Part shown: positions 1 to 9,511 of the stretch, in pieces | Layout: each line of letters starts with the position of its first letter | Numbering within the stretch: position 1 is the stretch's first letter | Virus record (IMG/VR): IMGVR_UViG_3300031784_000006 | Source of the DNA: a virus | Taxonomy: Duplodnaviria > Caudoviricetes | Length of the DNA stretch: 64,000 bases | Strand: one strand, 5' to 3' | The notes under the pieces: generated by a model | The model's input: the letters and a program-made list of their open reading frames with translations, nothing else | Databases searched by the model: none | Told to the model about the DNA's origin: nothing | Made by a program: the position numbers and the translations under genes

Positions 1-768
1 TTCAGGTTCTTCTTCAGTATCAGAAGATTTTACAGGAGTTTCATTTCCTTGAGCCGTTCCACCATAAGAATCAGATTCGCCAGGTTGTTCCTGAGACTTA
101 TCACTCTCACCTTCTTGTTCAGAAGAGGAATCATTAGTCTCCACAAAATCACTTGCAGGAGATTGTGAATTTCCTTGAGTCTCGTGAGAATCGAAATCAG
201 AAACCTTCTGTTGTTGCTCTTTTTCTTTCTTACAATACTTATAAAGTTCTTCTGCAGCAATCAGAGTATCTGCAAAACTTTCACAAGCATCAATCAAATT
301 AATGATTTCTTTCTCTTCGGGTTTAAAATTGAGAGTCCGAAAGTTACCAATCTTAAAATAAAGATTAGCACGGTCAGCAAGATTAAAAGTAGAAATATCT
401 TCATCTCCAAGTTGGAAGAAATCTTCCTCGTTCAGTTCTTTATAACCGTTGAAGAAAGTCTTGGCAAGTCCAGCATACTTACGCTTCATTAGTTTTTCAA
501 TACGTGCATCCTCAACAACATTTACAAACTGCTGAGGAACTTTCACAGTTTCCAACCAGTCTTCATCGGGAGTGAAGAGTGCATGACCGACCTCATGACC
601 CACCAGAAGGTCATACACAAGTCCACTTGCCTTCTCCCACAAAGGCAAAGTTAAGACACGAGTATGAACGTTGAAGCAAGCGGTCTCTACTTTCTTGTGC
701 TCAACTACAAGGTCTTCAGTAGCAAGGAGTTTTGCAAGTTGAGATTTGATTTCGTGACGGACGGACAT
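1..768 (-). CDS. HEXXH metallopeptidase-like protein (CobT/VWA-associated type of T4-like cyanophages), N-terminal part; runs off the window
   Basis: Hand translation from ATG at 768: MSVRHEIKSQLAKLLATEDLVVEHKKVETACFNVHTRVLTLPLWEK...GHEVGHALFTP...NVVEDARIEKLMKRKY; open to position 1; absent from the ORF track because truncated. Confidence 0.75.
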   Translation of the reverse strand, partial: MSVRHEIKSQLAKLLATEDLVVEHKKVETACFNVHTRVLTLPLWEKASGLVYDLLVGHEVGHALFTPDEDWLETVKVPQQFVNVVEDARIEKLMKRKYAGLAKTFFNGYKELNEEDFFQLGDEDISTFNLADRANLYFKIGNFRTLNFKPEEKEIINLIDACESFADTLIAAEELYKYCKKEKEQQQKVSDFDSHETQGNSQSPASDFVETNDSSSEQEGESDKSQEQPGESDSYGGTAQGNETPVKSSDTEEEPE

Positions 769-791
769 TCGACTTGTTTTCGTATGAGACT

Positions 792-825
792 ATTATACAA
801 AAAAAGAGGGTCGTGAAACCCTCTT
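792..825 (-). promoter_or_regulatory. Extended -10 (TG-TATAAT) fused to the U-tract of an intrinsic terminator hairpin
   Basis: Minus strand: AAGAGGG-TTTCACGA-CCCTCTT-TTTTTG-TATAAT; hairpin 804-825, -10 at 792-797. Confidence 0.7.
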
Positions 826-847
826 GTGTGCCAGTTTTGGAAGTGTC

Positions 848-1300
848 TTATGCAGGTGGAAGTTTTACTGGATTTGGACCCGTCATTTTGTTATAAATTT
901 TTTGTGCTCTAGGGTCTTTTAATGTTTGTCCCTTATTCCAAGTTTTGTTATCAGATGGACTATCTGTTGGACCACCAGTCATTTGCTCAACAATACTCTG
1001 TCTCCACTCTTCACTCATATTTGCCATAATAGCAAGAGCTGCCTTGTTGGTATCAGCATATCCTTCGGCAACTAGGTATTCTAACAGATAATCAAAGAGA
1101 TCAACCTCTTCTTCCACAGGAGATGATGGTTTATTAACTCTTAGTCCAGGAACTTGTTTTGCTTTCTTTTCAGTTTCAAAATTTGGAATTCTATCATTTT
1201 GTGTAGTAGTAGCAACTTTAACTTCATCAAGTTTTTCTTTAACTTGTGAGTACATAGAAGCATATGCTTCCATTATCTCTCTAACTTCTTTTGCTTTCAT
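848..1300 (-). CDS. Late hypothetical protein, probable internal head protein
   Basis: 150 aa; TATAAATA late promoter directly upstream; LDE and IVE gp21-type sites; contains DLFDYLLEYLVAEGYADT..AIMANMSEEW module. Confidence 0.6.
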   Translation of the reverse strand: MKAKEVREIMEAYASMYSQVKEKLDEVKVATTTQNDRIPNFETEKKAKQVPGLRVNKPSSPVEEEVDLFDYLLEYLVAEGYADTNKAALAIMANMSEEWRQSIVEQMTGGPTDSPSDNKTWNKGQTLKDPRAQKIYNKMTGPNPVKLPPA

Positions 1301-1320
1301 TTTTACAAAGACTTTTTAGA

Positions 1321-1328
1321 TATTTATA
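1321..1328 (-). promoter_or_regulatory. T4-type late promoter TATAAATA
   Basis: Exact TATAAATA on minus strand about 20 nt upstream of the ATG at 1300. Confidence 0.75.
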
Positions 1329-1461
1329 AAAAAGAAGAACCGCCCCGTGAGAGGCGGTTCTTGAGTGCTTGGCGTCGTGCTTTTGCTTGTCGGAGTGCTT
1401 GCGGTTTCAGTTTCCGCTTCTGCTCCTTCTTAGAGTGGTGTTGCCAGTTTGGGACTTGCAT
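1324..1461 (-). CDS. Small basic hypothetical protein (45 aa)
   Basis: Hand translation MQVPNWQHHSKKEQKRKLKPQALRQAKARRQALKNRLSRGGSSFL; starts 14 nt after the gp46 stop. Confidence 0.65.
   Translation of the reverse strand: MQVPNWQHHSKKEQKRKLKPQALRQAKARRQALKNRLSRGGSSFL
1328..1363 (-). terminator. Intrinsic terminator after the gp47-gp46 operon
   Basis: AAGAACCGCC-TCTCACGG-GGCGGTTCTT followed by a T-run on minus strand. Confidence 0.75.
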
Positions 1462-1475
1462 GATTCTTAAGTGAG

Positions 1476-3188
1476 TTAAACCACCATACGCGAAAAACCT
1501 TTGACCTTTTCGAATCGGATGACACTTTCAAATCTGTCCTCAAGACCTGTCTTATGAGAAATAACAAAGATGTTTGCATCCTTAATCACATAACGAATAA
1601 TCTTAAGGAACTCTTCGGTTCCAAATCCATCAAGTGAACTATCAAACACCTCATCCATAATCAGAAGATTTGTATTGACTGAGTTTTTCATTCTTGCAAC
1701 TTCTCTCCAAGTAAAGAGTAGTGCAAGGTCAATTCTCATTTTTTCTCCTTCACTAAAAGAAGCATAGGAAAAATCTTCATGAATAGGTGACTGGACGGTT
1801 TCGTTAAATTCCTCATCAAGAGTAAAGTTAATATAGAAATCCATCATCTGCAAGTAACGATTAACTTGTTGATTGATGAGCGGCAAATACTTTTTAATGA
1901 TTTTGGATTTTACTCCACCGTCTTTAAGCAAACTATACGAAAAATCGTAATAGTTGATTGTGTCTTTTTTAGAAGCGAGTTCGTCGTATGTAGTTTTTAA
2001 GTTGTCTTTGAAGGATTCTAACTTCTCATGTTCAGAATTTCTGTTTGCAAGGTTCTCGGTAAGAACTTGAATTTCGTGTTCAAGATTTCGGATTTGTCTC
2101 CGTAATCCGTTAATCTTAATATTGTTTTGAGAAATGCCATTTGTTAGTTTTGAGATCTCCTTCGATAGAGAAGTGAATTGACGCTCTCGCTCTTCTTCCT
2201 CTTTAATTGCCTCCTCCAGTTCTTTATAACCAGATTGCAACTCCTTTGCTTTAGATTGAGCGTCGTTAATTCTATTTATTCTGAAGACCTCCTCAATAGA
2301 CTGGGTACAAGTAGGGCATACCGTATTCTCTGTGAAGAATTTATGCTCTTTAGTAATTGTAGATACTTTTTGAGAAATCTTACCTTTTAGGTTTCCAAGT
2401 TTACGTAGTTTATCAGCATATCCAACTAACTTATCTTGCTCTCTGATATACTCATAAAGAGGTTCCTCTAAAGAGCTATTTTCATCCATATGTTGTTGGA
2501 TTTCTTTATCTAAATCGGAAATTTTCCTATTATTATTATCAATACTTTCCTTTCCGCGATTTTCAAGTTCTTCAATAAACTCCTGCTGCATCTTGACTTT
2601 ATCAAGAAGAGATTCTTTCTTCAATTCAAGAACTTTGATTTCTTCTTTTGATTGACGAATCTTTTCTTTTATTACAATATTCATCGAAGAGAAGATTTTA
2701 ATATCAAGCAAATCTTCAATTACTTCTCGACGATGAGCAGCAGAAAGTTGCATGAAGGGAACAAAAGTACTCGAACCCAAAATTACAATTTGAGTAAAAG
2801 ACTTGTAGTTCATCTTAAGAACAGTCTGTTCAAACCACTTTTGTTGGTCCAGAGCAGCTGAAGACTGGTCTAAAGGAGTATCATTTCTCCAAATCTCAAA
2901 CAGTGCTGGTTTAATTCCTCTTACAATTTTCCAATCAGTGTTTCCAATTGAAAACTCAACTTCAACTCTACAATCCTTCTCATTTACAGAGTTGATTAGT
3001 TGTGGTTTATTAATCTTACGAAATGGTTTTCCAAATAAAGAAAATGTAAGTGCATCCAGAACAGTGCTTTTTCCAGCTCCGTTTGTACCGACGATTAGAT
3101 TAGTTTTATTTTCAGTAAAATCAACTTCCGTATATTGATTTCCAGTACTTAAGAAGTTTTTCCATCTAATAGTTTTAAATAAAATCAT
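1476..3188 (-). CDS. gp46: Recombination endonuclease ATPase subunit (Rad50/SbcC-like)
   Basis: Walker A GTNGAGKST, zinc hook CPTC, signature FSEGEK, Walker B LLIMDEVFD, long coiled coil. Confidence 0.97.
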   Translation of the reverse strand: MILFKTIRWKNFLSTGNQYTEVDFTENKTNLIVGTNGAGKSTVLDALTFSLFGKPFRKINKPQLINSVNEKDCRVEVEFSIGNTDWKIVRGIKPALFEIWRNDTPLDQSSAALDQQKWFEQTVLKMNYKSFTQIVILGSSTFVPFMQLSAAHRREVIEDLLDIKIFSSMNIVIKEKIRQSKEEIKVLELKKESLLDKVKMQQEFIEELENRGKESIDNNNRKISDLDKEIQQHMDENSSLEEPLYEYIREQDKLVGYADKLRKLGNLKGKISQKVSTITKEHKFFTENTVCPTCTQSIEEVFRINRINDAQSKAKELQSGYKELEEAIKEEEERERQFTSLSKEISKLTNGISQNNIKINGLRRQIRNLEHEIQVLTENLANRNSEHEKLESFKDNLKTTYDELASKKDTINYYDFSYSLLKDGGVKSKIIKKYLPLINQQVNRYLQMMDFYINFTLDEEFNETVQSPIHEDFSYASFSEGEKMRIDLALLFTWREVARMKNSVNTNLLIMDEVFDSSLDGFGTEEFLKIIRYVIKDANIFVISHKTGLEDRFESVIRFEKVKGFSRMVV

Positions 3189-3447
3189 GTTCAGTGTTTG
3201 GAGGAATTACAATATCATCGGGAGTAATAACAGTATACTGGTATCCATGCATTTCGCAAGTTTTTACCATCACTTCATCTTCAATTTCAATTATATGCAT
3301 TTCAGGATATCCATCTTCTTCTAACATCATAGCATATCGAACAGCATCATCTTCCTCCTCAAAGAGATATAAGATATGCTCTCCCTCATCGTCTAATACA
3401 GAATATGCTCCTTCAGTCTCTCTGCCATTAATAGTTAGAATGAACAT
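3175..3447 (-). CDS. Acidic hypothetical protein between gp47 and gp46
   Basis: 90 aa ORF coupled to both neighbours; usual position in T4-like cyanophages. Confidence 0.75.
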   Translation of the reverse strand: MFILTINGRETEGAYSVLDDEGEHILYLFEEEDDAVRYAMMLEEDGYPEMHIIEIEDEVMVKTCEMHGYQYTVITPDDIVIPPNTEHDFI

Positions 3448-4488
3448 TTAAACTAATTCACATGCCTCTTGATAGATTTCTTGCATCATTTTTTGAATGA
3501 TCGATTTATCAAGACTGATTTCTGCCTCCTCAATATATCTATTCAAGATAGAAATAGTATCTTCGCTTTCAAATGCTTCAAACTCTTGAGGTTCTTGAAT
3601 ATCAAAGTTCTCAATAATCTTGAGTTCTGCAATATTTGAGGCATAAAGTTTATCAATGAACTTTTCAAATTTTTTAGTATCTGACTTTTTGCGTACAACA
3701 ACTTTTACAATTTTGTTCTCATACTCACGAGTATCAAATGTTTGATAATTAGTATCCTCATAGTAAATGTTGTAAAACATCTTATAAGGATTATCGACTG
3801 GAGTATGTTCTAGTGTTTCAGTATCGAAGATAGTAAAACCACGAGTATCATTTACATCAGTCCAGTAAATCTCATATGGATTTCCTAAGTAAAAGACTGT
3901 TCCGTTAGTCGATCGAGTGTGATAGTGTCCCGAGAAGACACGCTTGAACTTCTCAAATAACTTGCTTTCCAAACCATGCTCCATGATGATTTGTCGATTA
4001 ACTCTAAATCCTTGGAGTTCAAGGTGCCCCATCGCACATGGGCAAGTTGTCTTTTGAATAAGTTTGAGAGTACTTTCCTCATTTTCTTGATTAATCCAGG
4101 GTATAAAAAGTGTTAGGAGTTTATCCAACATCACTTCAGTTGGTTCAGAATATACAGTCACGTTATCATACTCACGCAGAAGTAAATCAACTGCGTTTAC
4201 ATTATTAGTATTCTTATAATAAGCAGTATGATTTCCTACAATAGTATGGACTTTTACACCCATTTCTTGAAGACAGTCATAGTAATTATTCTTAGCCCAT
4301 GACAAAGCAGAGAAATCAATTCCTTTACGACTATCAAAAGTATCTCCCATATCTACAACAGTAGTAATCCCTTGCTCTTCGAGTGTAGGGAAAAATACGT
4401 CGTTGTAGAACTTTAAGAAATAATCATGAAAGAGTTTAGAATTCTTTCTTGCTCCAAAGTGCTGGTCAGTAATAATTGCTACTTTCAT
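3448..4488 (-). CDS. gp47: Recombination endonuclease nuclease subunit (Mre11/SbcD-like)
   Basis: Phosphoesterase motifs DQHFG, GDTFD, GNH, GHLE, SGHYH. Confidence 0.97.
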   Translation of the reverse strand: MKVAIITDQHFGARKNSKLFHDYFLKFYNDVFFPTLEEQGITTVVDMGDTFDSRKGIDFSALSWAKNNYYDCLQEMGVKVHTIVGNHTAYYKNTNNVNAVDLLLREYDNVTVYSEPTEVMLDKLLTLFIPWINQENEESTLKLIQKTTCPCAMGHLELQGFRVNRQIIMEHGLESKLFEKFKRVFSGHYHTRSTNGTVFYLGNPYEIYWTDVNDTRGFTIFDTETLEHTPVDNPYKMFYNIYYEDTNYQTFDTREYENKIVKVVVRKKSDTKKFEKFIDKLYASNIAELKIIENFDIQEPQEFEAFESEDTISILNRYIEEAEISLDKSIIQKMMQEIYQEACELV

Positions 4489-4986
4489 TCAATACCGCAG
4501 TTTGCTGTGAACTCCGTCCTTAATGGAATTATAGTCTGAATAGTTCCCACCGTCAATGGTGTTGTCGTCTGCAAATACTTCAGAAAATCCAGAACGCTCA
4601 AGGATTTTGTTCTTGATTTCTAGTTGACGCTTTTCTCTCTGAATACGGCGAAGAAATGCGTAGTGAATGATTTGAGTAAAATAAGCAAAAGGATTTTGAG
4701 ATTTCTCCGGATTAAAGTTATGAATGTACTGAACACAGTTTTCAATGCCATCAGAAATCATATCTTCCTTAAACATATAGTTCACGAAGTTTGGTTTGAA
4801 GGAAAGGTGATTTGCAATCTTCAGGAAACACTCTCCAATGTAGCGAGGAATGGGAGGTTTTGGCTTTCCTTGGATTTCTGCAATTTCTTTATCCTCACGA
4901 TACTTAATGAGTGCAGCAAGAAACTCTTTATTGTTAACATAATGCTCTGACCTCTTTCTTTTGGTCATAACTGCTGTGGTAATCAT
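4489..4986 (-). CDS. gp55: Late transcription sigma factor
   Basis: HYVNNKEFL, YIGECFLKIA.HLS.KPNF.NY, NPFAYFTQIIHYAFLRRIQREK. Confidence 0.96.
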   Translation of the reverse strand: MITTAVMTKRKRSEHYVNNKEFLAALIKYREDKEIAEIQGKPKPPIPRYIGECFLKIANHLSFKPNFVNYMFKEDMISDGIENCVQYIHNFNPEKSQNPFAYFTQIIHYAFLRRIQREKRQLEIKNKILERSGFSEVFADDNTIDGGNYSDYNSIKDGVHSKLRY

Positions 4987-5011
4987 AAGTTTTTATCATT
5001 ATTATGTATAG

Positions 5012-5040
5012 ATTATACCACTTGTGCAAATAGTTGACAA
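5012..5040 (-). promoter_or_regulatory. sigma70-type promoter for gp55
   Basis: TTGTCA-17 nt-TATAAT on minus strand. Confidence 0.75.
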
Positions 5041-5062
5041 GGTTCCTTAAAACATGTACAAT
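5034..5062 (+). promoter_or_regulatory. sigma70-type promoter on plus strand, antisense to the uvsW operon
   Basis: TTGACA-17 nt (ending TG)-TACAAT; -35 overlaps the -35 of the gp55 promoter. Confidence 0.65.
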
Positions 5063-5091
5063 AACCCTTGTCCGGGTTGATAAGATAATAC

Positions 5092-5487
5092 TTAGCTATT
5101 TTTATAAAGCTTTTCTAAGATTTCTTTAGCATCATTAACGTTAGCAATATACCCCATTCTTCGATTAATTTTTGATTGGTTCAAAGATTCTTTATTTGTC
5201 TGGCGAACATAGGATTGGTACATCATAATCATTTCAACATCAGAAGATTCTGAAAGAGTAAGTACATCTTCTAAATTAATTATAAACATATCTTCTTTAG
5301 TGGTTTTTAACCAAGGTTCTAGTTTATAACCAACAATATTTGTTCTGCTTTTTATTTCTGAAATAGTAATTGGATTGGAAATAATTAATAAAGTTCTATC
5401 TTCTTCCTCAGAAGCTGCAACTTTAGCAAATATTTCCTCTCCAGTTTTTAGTTTGATAGTAGCATAAAAATCTTCTTCAATTCCCAT
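5092..5487 (-). CDS. Conserved hypothetical protein downstream of uvsW
   Basis: 131 aa, YATIKLKTGEEIFAKV..NPI start typical of the small beta-barrel protein at this position in T4-like phages. Confidence 0.75.
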   Translation of the reverse strand: MGIEEDFYATIKLKTGEEIFAKVAASEEEDRTLLIISNPITISEIKSRTNIVGYKLEPWLKTTKEDMFIINLEDVLTLSESSDVEMIMMYQSYVRQTNKESLNQSKINRRMGYIANVNDAKEILEKLYKNS

Positions 5488-6949
5488 TTTTCTTAAGTTG
5501 TACGGTGATTATTTCATAGTTAAAATTTTCTTCATTATAAATTTTAATTCTTTCAATGAGATGATTTAAAGTATAATTTTTCTTTGAATTTGAAGTGCAA
5601 TCATCAGCAATGTCATAAAGGGTTGCTTTTACTTTATTTTTTCCCTTTCTAAGAACTCTTCCAATGCTTTGAAGATTTCTGATTCTTGATTTACTGGGTG
5701 AAGCGAAGATAACGTTATGGAGATTTTTAATATTGATGCCAGTAGAAAAAGTTCCATAAGAAGCAACAATAATTGCGTTGTTTTCTCTCTCTGTAATTTC
5801 TCTAACTAATTCTCTTTCTTCAGTATCAACTCCACCGTGAATGAAAAATACTTTTCTATCATCTCGCTTATTGCTATTTATCTTCTCATAAAGAATAGCT
5901 CCATGAGTTTCTACTCTTGAAAATAAAACAAGAGTATTCCCTTTCATATCTAAAGAAAGATTGGTTATGAATTTATTTCTTTGTTCGTGGGAAATCAGAT
6001 ATTGTATCTCATCCTCATAAGTTTCAAACTTTTGTGGAGTGTGCTTAAGAACAATACATTGGATATCAAGTTGAGAAAGATGTCCCTGCTTCATCAATTC
6101 ATCGGTTCTGGTTACTTTGTATGATGGACCAAACAATCCTTCCAAAACCCATTTGTGAGTTTGAGTTCCATCAAGAGTTCCTGTAAAACCAAATCTATAC
6201 TTTGCATGATGAAGTTTAGTCATAATTTCAATGAGCGATTTGCTCTTGAAAAGATGTGCTTCATCCCCTATAATTACTTCATACTCCTCAAAAAATGAAC
6301 GTTCAAGTTTATAAACTGATTGCCATGTAGTAATCGTTACTGAGTATTCATTTGTTTTTTCCCTACCAGAATAGATACGGTGACAATATGACTCAGCATC
6401 CCAACCATAGTCTTGGAAATCCTTGTACATCTGCTCTACAAGGGATGTCGTTGGAACAACTAGAAGAATTTTTTTCCCTTTATCTACATAATACCTTACA
6501 AGGGAATAAATCATTAAGGATTTACCTGAGGCTGTGGGTGATATCAATAATTTTCTATTATGTCGTAGAGCACCGTATACTCCCTCTATCTGATATTCCC
6601 TCGGAGAATGGGAACAAATAGATTTCATATAGTCTTTTACGCCTTCGTATGAGATGCCTTCATTAACTTCAAAAGGCATTCCATAAAACTTATTTTCTTT
6701 AAACTCATATTTGTACTTGTGGAGAGATAGTTTGTCAATAACTTTATCTAACAAACCAGCGTAAATTTCTCCCGTATGAGTACTTAACAGGCGAATCTTA
6801 CCGTCCCAATGCCTACTTCTATATTGGGACATGAATTTTGCAGATTCAACTTCAAAAGTAAAGTACGGTTGCAGTTCATATAAAATATGAGGTTCGCAAT
6901 TGAGTTTGATGCAAACCTCATTCTTCTTTTCAATAATTACGTCACTCAT
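5477..6949 (-). CDS. uvsW: SF2 DNA/RNA-DNA helicase
   Basis: SPTASGKS, IGDEAH, GFTGTL, QSIGRVLR motifs. Confidence 0.96.
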   Translation of the reverse strand: MSDVIIEKKNEVCIKLNCEPHILYELQPYFTFEVESAKFMSQYRSRHWDGKIRLLSTHTGEIYAGLLDKVIDKLSLHKYKYEFKENKFYGMPFEVNEGISYEGVKDYMKSICSHSPREYQIEGVYGALRHNRKLLISPTASGKSLMIYSLVRYYVDKGKKILLVVPTTSLVEQMYKDFQDYGWDAESYCHRIYSGREKTNEYSVTITTWQSVYKLERSFFEEYEVIIGDEAHLFKSKSLIEIMTKLHHAKYRFGFTGTLDGTQTHKWVLEGLFGPSYKVTRTDELMKQGHLSQLDIQCIVLKHTPQKFETYEDEIQYLISHEQRNKFITNLSLDMKGNTLVLFSRVETHGAILYEKINSNKRDDRKVFFIHGGVDTEERELVREITERENNAIIVASYGTFSTGINIKNLHNVIFASPSKSRIRNLQSIGRVLRKGKNKVKATLYDIADDCTSNSKKNYTLNHLIERIKIYNEENFNYEIITVQLKKNGN

Positions 6950-6976
6950 AGCATCATAATTGCTATGAGTATTTAT

Positions 6977-7414
6977 TTACCCTAATCCAGACTGAAAACG
7001 CATAAACTCAATTGCATTTTTAATTTGATATGTTCTATTTTGTATCATCTTTAAAATGCTTTCAATATACGTCAACATTGTATCATAATAATCAATTTTT
7101 AAACATACTGTCGAAAGATTCTCATCCGCATCAAGATATTTTTGCATCGTATCTTTATCGCGAATCTTTTTAGGAAATGGATTTTCCGTATAAACTTCTG
7201 GGTCTGCTTTACCAGAATAATATTCGTATCTTTCGTGTCTGATATTTCTTTTTTGCTGCTCTGCTTTTTTCCTTAGGAGAAAAATAGTATTATAAAGTTC
7301 AAAGTATTTTGCGTGAAGACCTGGGATATTTGTTGATTCTGTATGAAGATTATCCATATCAATTTTAGAATCTTGTTCCCACATCTTTTGAATCATATCA
7401 AGATCAAAACTCAT
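6977..7414 (-). CDS. uvsY: Recombination mediator protein
   Basis: YYSGKA, YLDADE, NRTYQIKNAIEFMRF; position next to uvsW. Confidence 0.92.
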   Translation of the reverse strand: MSFDLDMIQKMWEQDSKIDMDNLHTESTNIPGLHAKYFELYNTIFLLRKKAEQQKRNIRHERYEYYSGKADPEVYTENPFPKKIRDKDTMQKYLDADENLSTVCLKIDYYDTMLTYIESILKMIQNRTYQIKNAIEFMRFQSGLG

Positions 7415-7959
7415 AATAAGTTTCCTTGCAAATCTGTTATATTGTAAATAGTATACTTGAAACTTACATCAGCCGTAAAGTATTGTATGTCTGTATTTGT
7501 GGCATCAAACATTATCGTTGATAATGAATATGGAAATAAATCCTGGAAAGTTACTTCAAAATTAGGAATCTGACTACTTGTTAATATTTGTAAGGTTCCG
7601 TCAGAATATATGTTTTGTCTATCTTTTACATAATTTCCTTGAATTAATCCAGATTCCTGAAGTTCTGCAAACTGTTCTAATCTTTCTGGAAATCCAAGAC
7701 CACGAATCCAATTTTGTATTTCCATGTAGTTTTTGAGGTCTTCGTCAACTAAAAACCTTATGCTTAAATCTCCAAATTCTATTGTGTCTCCTGGTGTTGG
7801 TAGCGCCTTCAGATAAGATGGTTGGTTCGCAACACCAAGATTTAACTCAGGTATGTTTGCTTGGTTGCAGAAAAATGCAACTTGTGGTGTTCTGGTCAGA
7901 GTGAATTTAAATCCTGTTGGAGATAAAAAATTTCTATTATCAATCTGAGCTCTTGTCAT
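7411..7959 (-). CDS. gp3: Tail tube terminator/completion protein
   Basis: NFLSPTGFKF, FFCNQANIP, FLVDEDLKNYMEIQNW, F.DLFP.SLS. Confidence 0.85.
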   Translation of the reverse strand: MTRAQIDNRNFLSPTGFKFTLTRTPQVAFFCNQANIPELNLGVANQPSYLKALPTPGDTIEFGDLSIRFLVDEDLKNYMEIQNWIRGLGFPERLEQFAELQESGLIQGNYVKDRQNIYSDGTLQILTSSQIPNFEVTFQDLFPYSLSTIMFDATNTDIQYFTADVSFKYTIYNITDLQGNLL

Positions 7960-7979
7960 CTTTTTTTAAATATTTAGAT

Positions 7980-8006
7980 AAAAAAAGAGGGTCCGAAGAC
8001 CCTCTT
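7980..8006 (-). terminator. Intrinsic terminator after gp23 with C(UUCG)G tetraloop
   Basis: AAGAGGGTC-TTCG-GACCCTCTT followed by T-run. Confidence 0.9.
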
Positions 8007-8025
8007 GAAATTTATGTGAAGCGGA

Positions 8026-9453
8026 TCACATAAGGTTCTTAACAGCAACTCTTCTGTAGTAGCGGTTGGTGTTAACGTTGAGTCTACCCTCACCTCTGCT
8101 GAGACCCTCAGCGAATGGGTTAGCAACAAGACCATAACGAGTCTTGAAGCCAATCTTGGGCTGGAAGGTGTCTTCGCCAACGGCACGCACCATCTGGAGA
8201 GGAACGTAAGGGCAATAGAACAGACCTGCATCATAAGGTGAAGAACCCTTATAACCAACAACGTAGTACTGGTTACCAGGAGTTGCATTACCTGCAGTCA
8301 GGTTTGCTGAATATGGGTCAATGTATACGCGGAACTTGCCCATCAGAGTACCAGCAAAGGTGTTGCCAGTATCATCAACGTTCAGGTTAGCGTTTAGTGC
8401 AGGGGTGTAATCAAGAACACCAGCCATGGTTAGTGCTGAAGCAACGTCAGCAGAACACATGATGATGTTGCCCTTTCCGCGACGAGTTCTTTGTGCGATT
8501 GCGTTAGCGTCGCGCTCGATTTGGAACAGAAGACCCTTGAACTTCTCAACAGACCAACGACCGTTTGAATCAACGTCGAGGTCGAATACGCCAGCGGTAG
8601 CAACGTTTTGTGCTGCACCCTTTTCAGCGGTCATGTAGATGGTACGAATAACTTCGCGGTTGATTTCAGCAAGAATCTCAGTTGAGAGAATGTTTGCTAA
8701 TTCCGCTTCAGCATTCAGACCGTGGATTGCCTTGAGGTCTTGAGCGAGCTCGAGTGAGTACTCAGCCTTCAGGGCGCGTGACTTTGCAGTAACAGTAACT
8801 TTCTCGATTGAGAAAGCCATCTGGTTGAACTGGTTACCTGCAGCATCGCCAAGTGCTTCTGAATCGCCAGTTGGCATACCTTGACCGACGTTATAATCGG
8901 TAGCAGCAACTGAAGCAGCGTTCAGAAGAGCTGGGTTACTACCAGACTGTGCGGTAGTACCAATACCAGAACCTACTTGCGAATGAGCGCCAGTAAGAGT
9001 GGTATCGAAACCTGAGTCTGTACCAGAGAATGCAGTATCTACTTCATTGAAGAAGGTTTCTGCACCACTCTGATTGGTGTAGCGGGAGCGCATTGCGAAG
9101 ATGAGTCCAGTAGGACCACTCATTGGTTGAACGCCAGCGAGGTCATAAGCGACCAGGTTAGGCATTGAACGACGAATAAGTGAGATCAGAACTGGATCGA
9201 AACCAGCAACGCTTTGGCTACCACCACTACCAAAAGCGCCGCTAGCGCCAGCGGCATTGCCACTGTTGGTTGGTGATTCCATGAGCATACTCATGGAGCC
9301 ATTGTCGAAAGCAGATTGCTCTCTAACAAATCTTTCTTGGTTTTCGAGCAGGACAGCGGTTACGGCTCTACGATGAGAATCTTTGATTGGATCAAGACCC
9401 TGATAGTCTAAGAGGGGTGCCCACTTTTCCTGCAGATGCTCGGATTGGAACAT
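8026..9453 (-). CDS. gp23: Major capsid protein
   Basis: LQEKWAPLL, DPVLISLIRRSMP, VQPMSGPTGLIFAMR, AKSRALKAEYSLELAQDLKAIHGL, QPKIGFKTRYG. Confidence 0.99.
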   Translation of the reverse strand: MFQSEHLQEKWAPLLDYQGLDPIKDSHRRAVTAVLLENQERFVREQSAFDNGSMSMLMESPTNSGNAAGASGAFGSGGSQSVAGFDPVLISLIRRSMPNLVAYDLAGVQPMSGPTGLIFAMRSRYTNQSGAETFFNEVDTAFSGTDSGFDTTLTGAHSQVGSGIGTTAQSGSNPALLNAASVAATDYNVGQGMPTGDSEALGDAAGNQFNQMAFSIEKVTVTAKSRALKAEYSLELAQDLKAIHGLNAEAELANILSTEILAEINREVIRTIYMTAEKGAAQNVATAGVFDLDVDSNGRWSVEKFKGLLFQIERDANAIAQRTRRGKGNIIMCSADVASALTMAGVLDYTPALNANLNVDDTGNTFAGTLMGKFRVYIDPYSANLTAGNATPGNQYYVVGYKGSSPYDAGLFYCPYVPLQMVRAVGEDTFQPKIGFKTRYGLVANPFAEGLSRGEGRLNVNTNRYYRRVAVKNLM

Positions 9454-9511
9454 TTGCTTTTACCTTTTTACTAAGTGTTTGTTTTTTGGGTTTGAATTAT
9501 ATTAAATTCAA

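Noticed and set aside
175-492. Plus-strand 105-aa ORF and minus 76-aa ORF at 30-260
   Set aside because: Overlap the long open peptidase frame 1-768, which has clear motifs
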